Below are positions 7,390-16,335 of a stretch of 33,507 nucleotides of DNA, one piece after another. Positions within the stretch are counted from its first letter, which is position 1. Each line of letters begins with the position of its first letter. The translations under genes were made by a program, and so were the position numbers. This DNA is from an uncultured Erysipelotrichaceae bacterium. Its GTDB lineage: Bacteria; Bacillota_I; Bacilli_A; RFN20; CAG-288. The notes under the pieces are model-generated. The model was given only the letters and a program-made list of their open reading frames with translations, did no database searches and had not been told where the DNA came from. Location of the stretch: contig CACYDF010000054.1 in assembly GCA_902773085.1 (NCBI GenBank), forward strand, positions 1 through 33,507. Direction: 5' to 3'.

Positions 7390-10135
7390 AATCTCTATTT
7401 AGATTAGTAATTGTAGTTGCAAGAGCATTTGGATTATAGAAGTAATCTCTATCAATTACTTGATCAGCAAGAACTCCATCATCATCTGAAGCAAAGCCAC
7501 CATTACCATCAGGCATCATTATTTCTAATGTACCTGAAATTCTAAATAAATTACCAAGCGCATCATTTCCATATGCAACAACACATGATCCACCACCACT
7601 TCTTTGATCTCCTAATATTGTTGCTGCACCTGTATTTTTAGCAGCTGCACTAAAAGCAGTTCCAGAAGAAAATGAATAACTTGATTGAAGAATAAAGAAT
7701 TTAAATCTTGTTGCAAGTGTATCACTATCTTCTCCATATGTACCATTACCATTTAAATCAACCGTATAATGATATTCAGTAATTCCACCTGTTACAGTAC
7801 TTCTTACTACCATCACTGGATCTTTAGTCATAAAAGCAAGAAGCAAAGGAATAAGTCTTGCTTGACCCCCTCCATTAGTAGTTGTATCAAAAATAATATT
7901 TTTAACTGATGCAGTTCTATTAATTATAGTAAGTTGCTTAGCAATATTCTTAAACCCTTCTTCATTTACAGAATAATGGTTAATATTATTATCACCAGAA
8001 TAAACTAAGCTATCATCATTTTCAAATGATGTATAATTTGTTCCACTATCAATTGGAGAAGTTGAAAAAGAACTAAATTGCAAGATAGCAAGTCGTTTAT
8101 CTGAATCAAAATAAACCCCATCAGCTGTACTTCCTTGTGCAGCTGTTTTTCTATTTTGAAGATTACTAATTGTATTACTTAGCGTTATTCTTCTTTGACT
8201 TCTATTAAATGAACTTGTTCTATTTGCAGCAAATGTAGAATATGAACCAAGAGGAGAAGGCGAAGTATAACCAGAATGCCCTTCTCCAAAATAATATGAA
8301 AATATATTTGCAACTATTCTTGAAGCTTGATCAACTGTTTGTGCGCTTCTATACAAGTTATAAATAGTATCTTTTCTTTCAAGATCTGGAGCAGTACTAC
8401 TAAATGAATTTTTATATAAAGATAATTCTGCACTTTTGAAATAATCAACAAAACTACCACTTGTTAGCTTCCACTTTAATCCATAGAAAAAGTCAAGTTT
8501 TAAACATAAAGAGTTATACCAATAATCCTTGTATCCAGATGTAAATTCGTTTTTACCAAATCTGGATGCACGTGTTGCTATATAGTAATTATAATTTGAA
8601 CTACCGCTCTTTTTAACTTTAATAAGTTTTTTTTCTGTATCTTCTTCGTATGTAAAAGAAAAAGCATTATAAATATCTGGGTCATTCCTAAAATTGGTGT
8701 AAGAACCATCGTTATTAACACCGCAAACATATGTTCCTGTTCCATCATTATTAAAGACCATTTGTGCATTAATATAAAGACTATAGTCATCTCCGTGAGT
8801 TGCACGATAAACATATTTTTGATTTGTTCCGACATTACTTTGTTTATAAAAAGTTATGTGTTCGAAATTATCATCATAAAATGAGAATGCATTTTCCGAA
8901 CTATAGATATATGGAATTCTACTAGCATTACTGTCATCCGAACACACACTTGTATCATAAATTCTTGTTCCGTCATAAACGAAATTGGCGATATCATGAA
9001 AAACAAATGATGAAGCCATATCAAAAGGGAGATAGATCTCTCCATTAAATTCAACAAGTTTAAGTAAATAATTTGTTAACAAGATATTTATATCTGATGT
9101 ATGGCTAACAATCTCTTTTGTTTTATTTGAAGTTCTTAAAATAGTATTATTGCTAGGAGAACATACATCGAGTGGATATCCATTATTTGTAGAAAAATAT
9201 GGTGATATAAATTTATGCCAATCATGTAAAACCATTAAGTTATTATCTGGATATAGCCTAATTGCACCTCCTGCAAATTCAAAAGCATAATAATTAGAAT
9301 ATTTTTTATATATGTTTGAAGTACTACTATATTTTTTAAACATCGTACTAACTTGACTTCCAGATATATATGGAATAGTTTGAGTCATATTAAAAGTACA
9401 AATTGTAATATTAGTTGCATTATCTGAATTCACATCTATAGTTGCACTGGGATAAAAAGGTGCATTTACAGTACTAGTGATTACAAAATCTAACCTTTCA
9501 ACAACAGTAACTCGTAGTGATGCATATACTTCACTATTTTGATTAAATGCATTATTTTCATTTGCATCATCATATATGTAGACTAACCCTTCTCCCATGC
9601 TTAGTGCACTAAGTAAACCAGAAGAATCAACAGATAAAATTGTTGAAGAAGAACTTGCAACTTCAAATTTAATATTAGCAGTTGCATTACTTGGCTCAAT
9701 CCTATAATTACTAATTGAATACGTAGTGCCAACAGCCATTTCTATTTCATTCATTTCTAGTGTAATACTTGATACTTCAAAATCTAATACAGTTACTTCA
9801 CACGTTGCAACTAAATCATTAACAGTCTTTGCTGAGACAGTTGTCTTACCTTGTTTTTTAGCAACAATATTACCTGAGTCATCAACTCCAACAATACTTG
9901 GTGAATCAGATGACCAAACTAATTTCTTATTACAATTTGCTGGAGCAAAAATAGGATTAATTTTTACTTTATCACCAACGTATAAAGAAAGATTCTCTTT
10001 ATCAAACTTTAAAGAAGTAGGATTATCAGTAACTATGCTTTCTTCATCAGTCAAAGGTGCACTAGCAAAAGCGCATCCTGCCATTAAAAAAGGAAGCAAA
10101 AAAAGAGTAGAAATTAGTTTTATCTTGTGATTCAT
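7388..10135 (-). CDS. surface lipoprotein with two Big_2-like Ig domains and a C-terminal S41 (tail-specific protease)-like domain
   Basis: 915-aa ORF with signal peptide and lipobox LMAGC. There are two Big_2-like segments (LYVGDKVKINP...VWSSDSPSIVGVDDSGNIVAKKQGKTTVSA and a second copy). The C-terminal IIFDTTTNGGG and ILQSSYSFSSGTAFSAAAK...ILGDQRSGGGS resemble the DLRxNxGG and SASAsE/GxxTxGKG regions of peptidase S41. Confidence 0.6.
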   Translation of the reverse strand: MNHKIKLISTLFLLPFLMAGCAFASAPLTDEESIVTDNPTSLKFDKENLSLYVGDKVKINPIFAPANCNKKLVWSSDSPSIVGVDDSGNIVAKKQGKTTVSAKTVNDLVATCEVTVLDFEVSSITLEMNEIEMAVGTTYSISNYRIEPSNATANIKFEVASSSSTILSVDSSGLLSALSMGEGLVYIYDDANENNAFNQNSEVYASLRVTVVERLDFVITSTVNAPFYPSATIDVNSDNATNITICTFNMTQTIPYISGSQVSTMFKKYSSTSNIYKKYSNYYAFEFAGGAIRLYPDNNLMVLHDWHKFISPYFSTNNGYPLDVCSPSNNTILRTSNKTKEIVSHTSDINILLTNYLLKLVEFNGEIYLPFDMASSFVFHDIANFVYDGTRIYDTSVCSDDSNASRIPYIYSSENAFSFYDDNFEHITFYKQSNVGTNQKYVYRATHGDDYSLYINAQMVFNNDGTGTYVCGVNNDGSYTNFRNDPDIYNAFSFTYEEDTEKKLIKVKKSGSSNYNYYIATRASRFGKNEFTSGYKDYWYNSLCLKLDFFYGLKWKLTSGSFVDYFKSAELSLYKNSFSSTAPDLERKDTIYNLYRSAQTVDQASRIVANIFSYYFGEGHSGYTSPSPLGSYSTFAANRTSSFNRSQRRITLSNTISNLQNRKTAAQGSTADGVYFDSDKRLAILQFSSFSTSPIDSGTNYTSFENDDSLVYSGDNNINHYSVNEEGFKNIAKQLTIINRTASVKNIIFDTTTNGGGQARLIPLLLAFMTKDPVMVVRSTVTGGITEYHYTVDLNGNGTYGEDSDTLATRFKFFILQSSYSFSSGTAFSAAAKNTGAATILGDQRSGGGSCVVAYGNDALGNLFRISGTLEIMMPDGNGGFASDDDGVLADQVIDRDYFYNPNALATTITNLNRD

Positions 10136-10144
10136 AACTAATTT

Positions 10145-10153
10145 ATTTTACCA
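10145..10153 (-). promoter_or_regulatory. extended -10 promoter, probable leaderless transcript for the 915-aa lipoprotein gene
   Basis: The minus strand reads TGGTAAAAT, then 9 nt (AAATTAGTT), then ATG at 10135. There is no SD. Confidence 0.45.
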
Positions 10154-10234
10154 TATTAGTAATAATTAAAAAATAAAACTATTCATATTTTTTAATAATT
10201 TGTTAAATTATTATAGTTAATTAAGGAGGTTAGT

Positions 10235-11080
10235 ATGTTATACGTTTTATATAATTCAAAAGCCAATAATAATACTGGTGAAACTCTTGCAAAAGAATTT
10301 TCAAAAACTTTACAAGATGAACATAAATTAATTAGCTTAGCTAATATTGATATTGTCTCTTTTGTTACACCACTAAAAAGTGAAGACAAAATCATTCTTC
10401 TTGGTGGAGATGGAACTTTAAATAGATTTGTAAATGATATCGGTGATATTAAACTTAAACCTAAATTATTCTTCAAATCAATTGGAACAGGAAATGATTT
10501 TATCAATGATATTAATAATGGTAAAAACGAACTTCTTGAAATAACTGATTATATCTATAATCTTCCTGTTGTTGAAGTTAATGGAATGAAAAGAAAGTTT
10601 ATTAATGGAATAGGTTATGGTATTGATGGATACTGCTGCGAAGTTGCTGATAAACTTAAAAAGAAATCAAATAAGCCTATTAACTATACTGCTATTGCGA
10701 TTAAAGGGTTGTTATTTCACTTCAAGAGAGTAAAAGCAAAACTCACTATTGATGGAAAAGAATATTACCATAAACATGTTTGGCTTGCTCCAACAATGAA
10801 TGGAAGGTTTTATGGAGGAGGGATGAATATCGCTCCAGATCAAGATAGACTTAAAAAACCTAAAACACTTACAACTGTTATCTTTAAAGGAAAAAGTAAA
10901 ATACATACTTTAATGGTCTTCCCTTCCATATTTAAAGGAAAACTTGGTAATAATAAAAAGATGACTGCATATTATACTGGTAGAGATATCAAGGTTGAAT
11001 TTGATAAACCAACTGCTCTTCAAATCGATGGAGAAACAGTCTTAGGAGTTACTACTTATTCAGTCAGAGTAAATGATTAA
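10235..11080 (+). CDS. diacylglycerol/lipid kinase family protein (DagK/YegS/BmrU type)
   Basis: 281-aa ORF with AAGGAGG RBS. It has the LLGGDGTLNRFVN (GGDGT) catalytic-domain motif and the C-terminal LQIDGE motif typical of this family. Confidence 0.85.
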   Translation: MLYVLYNSKANNNTGETLAKEFSKTLQDEHKLISLANIDIVSFVTPLKSEDKIILLGGDGTLNRFVNDIGDIKLKPKLFFKSIGTGNDFINDINNGKNELLEITDYIYNLPVVEVNGMKRKFINGIGYGIDGYCCEVADKLKKKSNKPINYTAIAIKGLLFHFKRVKAKLTIDGKEYYHKHVWLAPTMNGRFYGGGMNIAPDQDRLKKPKTLTTVIFKGKSKIHTLMVFPSIFKGKLGNNKKMTAYYTGRDIKVEFDKPTALQIDGETVLGVTTYSVRVND

Positions 11081-11906
11081 ACTATATATTATTCTTTTAT
11101 CTGCTGCACTTAGTTTTACAACCGTTTATTTTAGTTTTGATTATTCTTTATTACCAATGATATTTTTATATCTTGGTTTTGTTTTCATTTACATTATTGG
11201 CTTTGTTTTATTATTCTTTATTTTATGGGGCTTACTAGTTTTTACAGTAAATAAGAATAAACCTCATTCATATAGTAGATATTATCGATTTGTAATGCAA
11301 TTACTTAATATTGTTGGATTATCATTATTTAATATAAAGGTTAAATATTCTGGAAAAGAAATTGTTGATAATCTTCATTCAAATTTCTTATTAATATGTA
11401 ATCATCAATCTAATCTTGATTCAGTAGTTGCTGATTATTATTTACAAAATCACAAATTATTATTTATTGGAAAGAAGTCATTATTTAAAATACCTTTTGT
11501 TGGTAAAACAATATCAGGAATTGGATATCTCCCTCTAGATAGAAATGATCTTAGACAAGAAGCAAAAATAGTAAAAGATGCTACTAAAATTCTTTCAACT
11601 AATGATGTCTCTATTGGTATCTATCCAGAAGGAACAAGAAATCAAAAGAAAGATGCTACTATTTCTGAATTGAAAGCAGGTAGTTTTCATCTTGCCCTTG
11701 ATAGTAAGAAACCTATTGTTATTTCTTTAATAACATATGACAAAGATATTACTTCCAATATTTTTAAAATTAGGCATTGTAAATATAAAATAGTAAAAGC
11801 AATTACTTATGATGAATATAAAAACTATTCATCGAAAGAACTAGCTATATATGTTCATGATATAATGCAAGAAGAAATGAATAAATTATATGAACAAAAA
11901 AACTAG
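11073..11906 (+). CDS. plsC: 1-acyl-sn-glycerol-3-phosphate acyltransferase
   Basis: 277-aa ORF with two N-terminal TM helices, the NHQSNLD (HxxxxD) motif and the YPEGTR motif. Its start overlaps the upstream kinase gene by 8 nt. Confidence 0.85.
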   Translation: MIKLYIILLSAALSFTTVYFSFDYSLLPMIFLYLGFVFIYIIGFVLLFFILWGLLVFTVNKNKPHSYSRYYRFVMQLLNIVGLSLFNIKVKYSGKEIVDNLHSNFLLICNHQSNLDSVVADYYLQNHKLLFIGKKSLFKIPFVGKTISGIGYLPLDRNDLRQEAKIVKDATKILSTNDVSIGIYPEGTRNQKKDATISELKAGSFHLALDSKKPIVISLITYDKDITSNIFKIRHCKYKIVKAITYDEYKNYSSKELAIYVHDIMQEEMNKLYEQKN

Positions 11907-12591
11907 ATTAATTATTTCTTTATCTCTTAATTTACTTATTTTCATCTTAGTAGTTTTTGCTACTATTATGTCTCTTGCAAGTTTATGGCCTAATAAGTCT
12001 TTAACTTTAGAAGGACACGGAATAGAAAATATAAAATATTATACTTGGCAATCTAATCTTTTTGCAGGTGGTGCTAGCCTTGCTTTATTTATCTATCAGC
12101 TATTAGTATTACTAAATAAAAAAGAAAAAGTTCCTTTTGTAGTATATGTATTTAAGTTTGTTGGAGTAGTAGCTTTACTTGTTACTTTTATAACTGTATT
12201 GTTTATTTTTATCCCCATAATGTTAATAAATAATAACTTTGTAAATATGTATGCAAATACTAATTTCTTTTTCCACTTAATTGTTCCTGTTTTAGGAGTA
12301 GTATCATTTATATTTTTTGATGACCAACCTAAATATAAATTTAGGTTTTCTCTTCTTACTACCTGTTCAATGAACATATATGGACTTTATTATTTTATAA
12401 ATGTTCTTATCCATCTTAATCCAGATTTAAGTGTAGATAGTAAGTATGACTGGTATGGATATGCAAGTAACGGAGTTGCTTTTTACCCAGTAAGTTATTT
12501 AGTCACTTTTGGTATTTGTTTAGGTAGTGCATTACTACTAAACTATCTAACTCAATTAATTCAAAGGAAACTGTTTAAAAATGAAAACTAA
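11890..12591 (+). CDS. polytopic membrane protein, possibly Pr6Pr/FAR-17a-like; paralogous to the N-terminal domain of the 20322 CDS
   Basis: 233-aa ORF with about 6 hydrophobic helices and a YYTWQSNLF segment. Its start overlaps plsC by 17 nt and its end overlaps msrA by 11 nt. The family assignment is from memory of a motif only. Confidence 0.4.
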   Translation: MNKKTRLIISLSLNLLIFILVVFATIMSLASLWPNKSLTLEGHGIENIKYYTWQSNLFAGGASLALFIYQLLVLLNKKEKVPFVVYVFKFVGVVALLVTFITVLFIFIPIMLINNNFVNMYANTNFFFHLIVPVLGVVSFIFFDDQPKYKFRFSLLTTCSMNIYGLYYFINVLIHLNPDLSVDSKYDWYGYASNGVAFYPVSYLVTFGICLGSALLLNYLTQLIQRKLFKNEN

Positions 12592-13075
12592 AATTATTTA
12601 TATTGCTGGTGGATGCTTTTGGGGAGTCGAAGCATACTATAAAAAATTAAAAGGAATAATCTCAACTAAGGTTGGATACGCTAATGGAACAACAAAAAAT
12701 CCAACATATAAAGAAGTTAAATCCCAACAAAGTAAGCACGTTGAATGTGTAAAACTTGAATATGATCCAGAAGTTATTTCGTTAGAAAAGATCTGCGAGC
12801 ATTTCCTTAGATTTGTTGACCCATACTCAGTAAATATGCAAGGCGAAGATGAAGGTATTCAATATCGTAGTGGAATTTACTTTGTTGACTTAGAAGATGA
12901 AAAAATTATTAAAGATTATTTTTCAAAAGTAGTAAAAGATAATTACGTAACTGAAATAAAAAAACTAGATAACTTTTATGAAGGCGAAGAATTTCATCAA
13001 AATTATCTAGATAAAAATCCAAATGGCTACTGCCATGTAAATCTTAATTTAATAAAACCAGGCGAATTAAAATAA
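12581..13075 (+). CDS. msrA: peptide-methionine (S)-S-oxide reductase
   Basis: 164-aa ORF with the diagnostic GGCFWGVEAYY active-site motif, plus GYANG, HVECVKLEYDP and HQNYL. Confidence 0.95.
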   Translation: MKTKIIYIAGGCFWGVEAYYKKLKGIISTKVGYANGTTKNPTYKEVKSQQSKHVECVKLEYDPEVISLEKICEHFLRFVDPYSVNMQGEDEGIQYRSGIYFVDLEDEKIIKDYFSKVVKDNYVTEIKKLDNFYEGEEFHQNYLDKNPNGYCHVNLNLIKPGELK

Positions 13076-13501
13076 ATCACTTAGTAAAGAAGCAACTTGT
13101 TCAAGTAATTCTTTTTCTTTTTGTGTAAATCTAGATAAAGAAGTTGAATCTACATCAATAACTCCAACTACTTTATCTTCTTTTAGTATTGGTACTACTA
13201 TTTCACTTTTTGTTAAAGATGAACATGCAATATGATTTTTAATTTTAGTTACATCATCAACAATAATTGTTTCTTTCTTTTCAAAAGAAGTTCCACATAC
13301 ACCTTTGCCTTTTTTAATAATAGTACAAGCTACTTCTCCTTGAAATGGGCCAAGATATAAATAGTCATCTTTAACTAAATAAAACCCTACCCAATTAATA
13401 TCTTCCATCTTATTAAGAAGAGAACTGACATTTGCTATATTACTAATTAAAGGAATATCTTTTGATACAATTGCTTCAATATCTTTAAATACATTACTCA
13501 T
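13067..13501 (-). CDS. msrC: GAF-domain free methionine-(R)-sulfoxide reductase
   Basis: 144-aa ORF. WVGFYL...LGPFQGEVAC..I..GKGVCG...HIACSS.TKSEIVVPI...GVIDVDS follows the YebR/fRMsr pattern closely. Its 3' end overlaps msrA by 9 nt, tail to tail. Confidence 0.85.
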   Translation of the reverse strand: MSNVFKDIEAIVSKDIPLISNIANVSSLLNKMEDINWVGFYLVKDDYLYLGPFQGEVACTIIKKGKGVCGTSFEKKETIIVDDVTKIKNHIACSSLTKSEIVVPILKEDKVVGVIDVDSTSLSRFTQKEKELLEQVASLLSDLF

Positions 13502-13507
13502 GCATTT

Positions 13508-13516
13508 ATTCTATCA
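13508..13516 (-). promoter_or_regulatory. extended -10 promoter, probable leaderless transcript for msrC
   Basis: The minus strand reads TGATAGAAT, then 6 nt (AAATGC), then ATG at 13501. There is no SD. Confidence 0.45.
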
Positions 13517-13675
13517 TTATTAATTATAGTAAAAAATATTAGCAATCAAAAAACATATAATTATAGACTTTAATATAAGAACAAACTAATTTGATAAACG
13601 AAAGCAGTTTGTACACATAAAGAATATGTATTAATCCGTTACTACTGAAGTGTTACTTTTATAATGATTTAGTTA

Positions 13676-15262
13676 TTATGCAGTCGCAAAACTACCAGAT
13701 TTTTCAAGATAATAATAAGTAGCTCCACCATGCTTATTAGCCTTAAGTGTGGTAATGGCAGCTTTATCAGTATTATCAAAGTAAAGCTTAATTTTAGGAT
13801 TATTACCACTTATTATGTCTTTTGCTACTGAAGTTACCGTATTAGGTAGGTATGCCCTGTCAAGTCCATTATAATTCCTTCCACTATATTGACCAGGACC
13901 TGATGCAGTTCCCTCAGCATAGTTACTATAAAAAGTTCCATTAGGAATTGAAGTAATTTGTGTTGCCCTTAAATCAACACCGATAATGTTATACATTGAG
14001 CTAAAAACACCACTTCCTAGACTTTTAACAGTTTCAGGAAAAACTATATAATATAGCCTACTTGATGTATTTGGAAGAGGATTTGTACTAGTTCGTGTTA
14101 ATTCTCCACTTGAACTAATTGCGAAATGATTACCACACATAGCTTCATAAGAAATATCTGGTGATGGATTTTCAGAATTCAAAGTCTCTTCTTTATATGC
14201 TCCAGGAGCAAGATTATATTTCCAAATAGCATTAATTGTTAAGTTTTCATTAGGCATTGAAGTTAAACTACTATCCCATCCTACAAAAGTATAATTCTTT
14301 CTAGGATTTGGAGTTGGTTTACTAAAACTAGTTCCATATGTTAAAAATTGTTCGGAATCTTCTTGACCATTACCATTAAAATTAAATGTCAATTTATAAG
14401 TATTAATTGAAATCCATTTAGCAGTTATAACTATATTTTCATTACCCATTACTTCTACATCACTACTCCATCCATCAAAAGTATAGTTACTCTTTGTTGG
14501 ATTTGCTGGATAATTAATTTTATCTCCAACATAATAGTAATCAACCTGATTAGCTGTACCATTATCAAACACAAAAGTTACAGAATATTTAGGATCTTCT
14601 TGCCATTGAGCAAAACATGTTGTATTTTCCTCTGGGAAAACAGTTAATGCTGGTTCCCATCCAACAAATTTATGATGCTCTTTTTTATAGTTATTAGTGT
14701 TGCCAGGGAGGCTAGGAATAGGATCACCTATTTTCCCAGTTACTGAATACTTTGTTTTGTTTCCACCATAATCATAAATACCACCATTAAAATCATATGT
14801 AACTGTACTTTCAGTTTTAACTGTCTTCCATTTAGCAGTTATAGTAATATTTTTCTCAGGCATTACTGTTATATCACTGTCCCATCCTTCAAAAGTATAA
14901 CCGCTTCTTGTTGGAACTGCTGGATATTCAATTGTAGCACCTGGCTCATAATCCACAACTAAATCACTTTGTCCATTACCAAATACAAAAGTAACTTGGT
15001 ATATAACTGGTTTTGGATCTTCATTGCCTCCAGTGTCATCGCCTGGTTTTGGATCTTCACTACCTTCTGTGTTATCACCTGGCTCTGAACCTGTATCTTC
15101 AGAATTTGGCTTAGTCTCTTCATTTGCTGAATTTGTATCTTCAGAAACAGATGTTTGACCAGTTTTATTTGTATCGTTTTTCTTAAAATCGTCAGTTGGT
15201 TCTGAATAACAAGAAGCAAATAACGTACTTATTAATAAAAATGGAATAAATCTTTTTTTCAT
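13676..15262 (-). CDS. surface lipoprotein with four Listeria-Bacteroides (Flg_new) repeats and a BspA-type LRR-like C-terminus
   Basis: The track start is TTG 15289, but AAGGAGG sits 6 nt before ATG 15262, giving MKKRFIPFLLISTLFASC (lipobox LFASC). A D/E/P/G-rich linker is followed by four repeats of the form Y.VTF.F.NG...Y..G....P..P...GYTF.GW......M...N..I.A.W. The C-terminal segment VKSLGSGVFSS...ITSIPNGTFYSN is LRR_5-like. Confidence 0.8.
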   Translation of the reverse strand: MKKRFIPFLLISTLFASCYSEPTDDFKKNDTNKTGQTSVSEDTNSANEETKPNSEDTGSEPGDNTEGSEDPKPGDDTGGNEDPKPVIYQVTFVFGNGQSDLVVDYEPGATIEYPAVPTRSGYTFEGWDSDITVMPEKNITITAKWKTVKTESTVTYDFNGGIYDYGGNKTKYSVTGKIGDPIPSLPGNTNNYKKEHHKFVGWEPALTVFPEENTTCFAQWQEDPKYSVTFVFDNGTANQVDYYYVGDKINYPANPTKSNYTFDGWSSDVEVMGNENIVITAKWISINTYKLTFNFNGNGQEDSEQFLTYGTSFSKPTPNPRKNYTFVGWDSSLTSMPNENLTINAIWKYNLAPGAYKEETLNSENPSPDISYEAMCGNHFAISSSGELTRTSTNPLPNTSSRLYYIVFPETVKSLGSGVFSSMYNIIGVDLRATQITSIPNGTFYSNYAEGTASGPGQYSGRNYNGLDRAYLPNTVTSVAKDIISGNNPKIKLYFDNTDKAAITTLKANKHGGATYYYLEKSGSFATA

Positions 15263-15294
15263 TTTTTCCTCCTTATATTTGATAACCAATAAAA

Positions 15295-15321
15295 ATTATA
15301 ACAAAAAAAACGACATTGCAA
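15295..15321 (-). promoter_or_regulatory. promoter of the Flg_new lipoprotein gene with a T8 homopolymer in the spacer
   Basis: The minus strand reads TTGCAA (15321-15316), TGTCG, T8 (15310-15303), GT, TATAAT (15300-15295). The spacer is 15 nt. The AAGGAGG RBS and ATG 15262 lie downstream. Confidence 0.5.
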
Positions 15322-15464
15322 CTATTTTTATTAAAAACTGTGAGCGTTTTCTATTATTATTCAAGGTAAAAACAACTTGTTTTCAATAATTAATGTGCAA
15401 TTTTAATTGTTTTTTTTGCATTTTTAGAAAATCAACTTTATAATAAATATGTAAGGTATTTTTT

Positions 15465-16259
15465 ATGAGGTTAAATACATTATTAATTTTAGGAAGCGTT
15501 CAAATAGTTGATTTCTACGATATATCTTCATTGATTGATTTCATTTTTACTGTTTTAGTAATGTTCCTTTTATCCCTATTTGTTTGTGCAACATTAAAAA
15601 GGAAGTTAGTCATTATCTATAATGTAATCTTCTTTTCACTTTTAGTAACATCACTTATATTTAATCTTGAACTTGTTCCATTTTTAACTATTGTATTTAT
15701 GATGAGTGGAAACTTGCTTTTCTGTTTAGTTAACTCTGGATACATTAGAAAATATGCTGCTAAACATTTAATTAATGAAAAAATAAACAAGAAATTTGAA
15801 AACAATACTGAAACTGATTTAAATACATTTGTTAACAATATGGTAACAACTGTCGAATGGTTAAGTAAAAATAAAGTTGGTGCTTTAATTACTATTGAAA
15901 GAAAAAATTCTTTAAGTGATTTTATTAAAACTGGAACTCAGCTTAATGCTACCTTTACTCCTGAATTAGTTGAATCAATATTTTACGAAGGAACTAGATT
16001 ACATGATGGTGCATTAATCATTCAAGATACTCGTATTATTGCTGCCGCAGTTTACTATCCACCATCTAATAACACTTTTGTAGGTAAATTTGGCGCAAGA
16101 CATAGAGCTGCAATTGGTATATCAGAAATAACTGATTCTATCACTATTATTGTTTCTGAAGAAACTGGAAGAGTAGCTATTGCACATTTAGGTGTAATGG
16201 ATAATATACCTATCCGTGAATTTAGAAATATCTTTATTAACCAACTTCAAAATAATTAG
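15465..16259 (+). CDS. cdaA: diadenylate cyclase (c-di-AMP synthase), membrane-anchored CdaA type
   Basis: 264-aa ORF with three N-terminal TM helices followed by a DisA_N domain: GALITIERK, TRLHDGALII, RHRAAIGISE, IVSEETGRV. Confidence 0.9.
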   Translation: MRLNTLLILGSVQIVDFYDISSLIDFIFTVLVMFLLSLFVCATLKRKLVIIYNVIFFSLLVTSLIFNLELVPFLTIVFMMSGNLLFCLVNSGYIRKYAAKHLINEKINKKFENNTETDLNTFVNNMVTTVEWLSKNKVGALITIERKNSLSDFIKTGTQLNATFTPELVESIFYEGTRLHDGALIIQDTRIIAAAVYYPPSNNTFVGKFGARHRAAIGISEITDSITIIVSEETGRVAIAHLGVMDNIPIREFRNIFINQLQNN

Positions 16260-16289
16260 TATGGATTTAACTATTATTTTATATTTGAT

Positions 16290-16319
16290 AAGCCATTAGA
16301 AATATTAATGGCTTTTTTT
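16290..16319 (+). terminator. intrinsic terminator after cdaA
   Basis: AAGCCATTA (16290-16298) pairs with TAATGGCTT (16306-16314), followed by a T-run to 16319. Confidence 0.7.
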
Positions 16320-16335
16320 ACAAGGGAGGAATAAT

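Noticed and set aside
8578-10506. ORFs 8578-8835 (-), 8854-9057 (-), 9726-10130 (+) and 10192-10506 (-) around the 915-aa lipoprotein and dagK-like genes
   Set aside because: They are alternative-frame or antisense ORFs inside much longer, motif-bearing CDS. None has a convincing initiation signal.
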